In this document: positions 33,323 through 35,783 of the stretch, one piece after another | How the letters are laid out: every line of letters begins with the position of its first letter | Position numbering within the stretch: the first letter of the stretch is position 1 | NCBI GenBank assembly: GCA_030167865.1 | Contig: JALAGF010000714.1 | Coordinates: 62,001-97,783 of the forward strand | From: Craspedostauros australis | Taxonomy: Eukaryota | DNA: 35,783 nucleotides | Reading direction: 5' to 3' | Position numbers and translations under genes: made by a program | Notes under the pieces: model-generated | The model's database searches: none | The model's input: the letters and a program-made list of their open reading frames with translations, nothing else | What the model was told of the DNA's origin: nothing

Positions 33323-34738
33323 AAACTGACGAAGCAAGTCCCCGGACAGAGAGGCTTCAGTCGTCAAATGCCCCTTCTTTGGCTAGGAGATGATGGCCAA
33401 GATTGAAAGACGCAACAAGAAGACGACGTCAAGAAGAGATCTCTTCGCTTCGGCGTCCCTTGGCGCACCCTGCTCGACTCCGGATGAACAAAGATCGAAG
33501 TGGAGCCGCTCCGAGAGCGAGCTTCGGTTGAGTGGGGCTGAATTGAATACGAATCTTGAAGCGAATTGTGCGTGGCGCGGTTGTGCACAAGGGGATTGAC
33601 AATGGATAACAGAACTGTTGCTGGTTTGATGCCTCCCGTTGTTGTTGATCTTGTTGATGATCTTCCTTGGTGATGCCAATGCTTTTGCACCCAACTTGAT
33701 GCCCACAAGCGTGTTGCTGGCAATATCGTTGCTCGATCAGCAGTGTTGATCTCCGCAGCAACACTGAGGGTGATACACGATCATCCAGAGCTCAACCGAA
33801 GGACAAGGGCGAACGTCTACCACAGCAGGTTGGGACAACGACTCTTTGTTCCTCAACCTCGCAGGCGTCGGCAGTGCAGCGCCGCGCAACCACGACACGC
33901 ACAGAGACGGACAGAAAAGGAGTCGCATCCACTTGGGTTCGTACCATGTCACACGCATACCTACGCAGAAATACTCTCTCCCTCTCTCTTGGTCGCCGAC
34001 GGTTCGTTGTCTTCATCGCCGACCGATGGCATCGTTGGCGTTTGTGAAACGACGATACTGCTGGAACAGGCATCATTCCGGCACTCCAACCAGAAAACAA
34101 GGTAGGAATCAACTCCGCGCCCTTGCAGTGCACACGGTGGGCACGGCGCACCACGTTTCGTCCATTTTGTGACAACAAACCAAGCCGTGGGATCCACACA
34201 CATGGTAAGATCAGAGAGAGGTTACTTGTTCTCTTTGACCGGAGAATCGCGAGGGGCTATTGATGACGTCACGAAGGATGATTCGCGGCACATGAAGCAC
34301 AAATGCGACCAATCCCCAACGTGGAAGCGGACCAAATACGGTATTGCGAGGTGCCGTCGGACCAAAATGGACACCCACAATCACGACTTCGGATGATTAT
34401 GTCCTCAACGCAGAACGCAAATGCACGAATGACGAAAATTGCAGGTACAAGTGGTGTACGCTGGTGCAAGGACAGGAACAAAGCCCACACACGGGATTCA
34501 ATTCAAATCTGGTTCCACGGCATCATTTGTGTTGCCGGAACGTGCGTGTGGTACACGCCACCATTCAACATCACGCAGACCAACCACAACGTCGGCAATG
34601 ACGGGAGGGAACTTTCTTCGAGACGCTTCACACATCATCACCAAAAATGCGATTGGTACCTGTGCTGTTGTCATCATCACCGTTCTTCGAGAGTCACCAA
34701 AGCGGTGATCTCAAACGGTATCCAAACATCTCCCCGGC

Positions 34739-35783
34739 ATGATGTCCCTGTCACACATCATCAACAGAAGGACAGCAAAACCGAACAACAACTGGGATAG
34801 CAAAGAGACAGCGCATGAAGAGACATTAGGTATGATGGGAATACTCGGGCACCGACAACCAACACAATCACGACCGCAGCGGCAAGAACAACAACGAGAA
34901 CGTCAGGAGCAACAACAGCAGCAGCAAGGACAACGGCGAGCGCAACACCATGGTCGCCGATCATCTCTCTTGGCGCTCGTGTGCGGCATCACTGCAACAG
35001 CTCTGCAAATGGTCCTGCTGTGCGGATCAGTGCACGGTAGCTCCCGCCTGATCGCTCCGGCCGAGGCGTTCACACCACACCACGTCGCATTCAGAAGACA
35101 GCATGCGCTGAACCAAGGAGAAGACCCGTGGAGCAGCACGAAGGCAACGCTACGACGAACGTCACCATCATCATTGGCGTCCGTTCCGCAGCCAAGCATT
35201 CCTTGCAATGACGGTGCCATCGCAGTCGCCAGATCGGACGATGTCACATTCGATCTGCCGTACAAGGTCTTCCGACCCATGTCCCTGTCCTCGCGCAAGG
35301 CGGCGCCCATCGTTCTGCTCTGCGACGGTGACGCATCGCTCGATGACTTGATGCCGTTCCTTCAGGCCATTCCGTATCGTTGCATCGTCGTTTGCAACGG
35401 GCTGGGCGGCGATGCCGTGGACGATAATGCAGTGTCCATCGCGTTGGCGTTGGAAGATCTGCAACGCGTGCTGAACAAAGCGGGCGTGCGCCGGTACCAC
35501 CTGTACGGACAGGGCNNNNNCGGTACCACCTGTACGGACAGGGCGTCGTGGGTGGAATCTTGGCCTTTGAATATCTCAAGCAGATCGCACAACAAGATGA
35601 CGATGACGTTTATGACGACGGCGACGACGAGGGATGCCTATCGGTGATTCTGTCGTCGACGCCAACGAACGTGCAGAAGATGCGGGAGGAAGGCATTTTA
35701 TCTGCAGCAGCAACTGCATCTTGGAAGACCAGCGACGACGTCTCAAGCTACGTCGCAAGCCCACCGTCCGAGTCGGCCAAACG
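34739..35783 (+). CDS. Alpha/beta hydrolase, proline iminopeptidase-like (divergent; runs off the window end)
   Basis: LPYKVFRPMSLSSRKAAPIVLL...DLQRVLNKAGVRRYHLYGQG. After collapsing the gap duplication it continues VVGGILAFEYLK...CLSVILSSTPTN, open to the window end. Hydrophobic stretch followed by AEA^FTP. True start uncertain. Confidence 0.72.
35492..35544. other. Assembly gap (5 N) flanked by an identical 24-bp duplication
   Basis: CGGTACCACCTGTACGGACAGGGC occurs at 35492-35515 and 35521-35544. Collapsing the copies restores a continuous reading frame. Confidence 0.92.

Noticed and set aside
33160..34730. Short ORFs between HSF and the hydrolase
   Set aside because: No homology recognised in the ORF track or by eye. 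Treated as divergent intergenic/promoter DNA.
35492..35544. 24-bp direct repeat resembling a CRISPR repeat or insertion target-site duplication
   Set aside because: It flanks an N gap, and collapsing it restores the ORF. This is an unmerged contig overlap.

Overview
This is eukaryotic genomic DNA, most likely from a diatom (stramenopile). That is inferred from compact genes with GT-AG introns of about 130-310 bp, a p10-before-p20 (type III) metacaspase, diatom-style HSF, bZIP and PPR proteins, and an ASAFAP-like plastid-targeting motif. The window holds about 12 protein-coding genes, in order: GT61-like glycosyltransferase, two ankyrin-repeat proteins flanking a frameshifted BTB/POZ remnant, EEP phosphodiesterase, 3-exon bZIP factor, NAD(P)-dependent glycerol-3-phosphate dehydrogenase, 3-exon type III metacaspase, an unknown N-anchored helical protein, PPR protein, ankyrin/TKL (ILK-like) kinase, HSF, and a truncated proline-iminopeptidase-like hydrolase interrupted by an assembly gap. 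I saw no RNA genes, CRISPR arrays or recognisable transposons. The most notable points are: (1) the metacaspase and the ILK-like kinase both end in C-x-CaaX lipidation motifs, and the kinase motif is visible only after splicing; (2) both transcription factors have long ATG-depleted leaders carrying a single uORF; (3) a perfect double-CCAAT palindrome lies in a bidirectional promoter; (4) the hydrolase appears to lack its catalytic serine. I found no clearly novel multi-gene system. All splice models are manual predictions.
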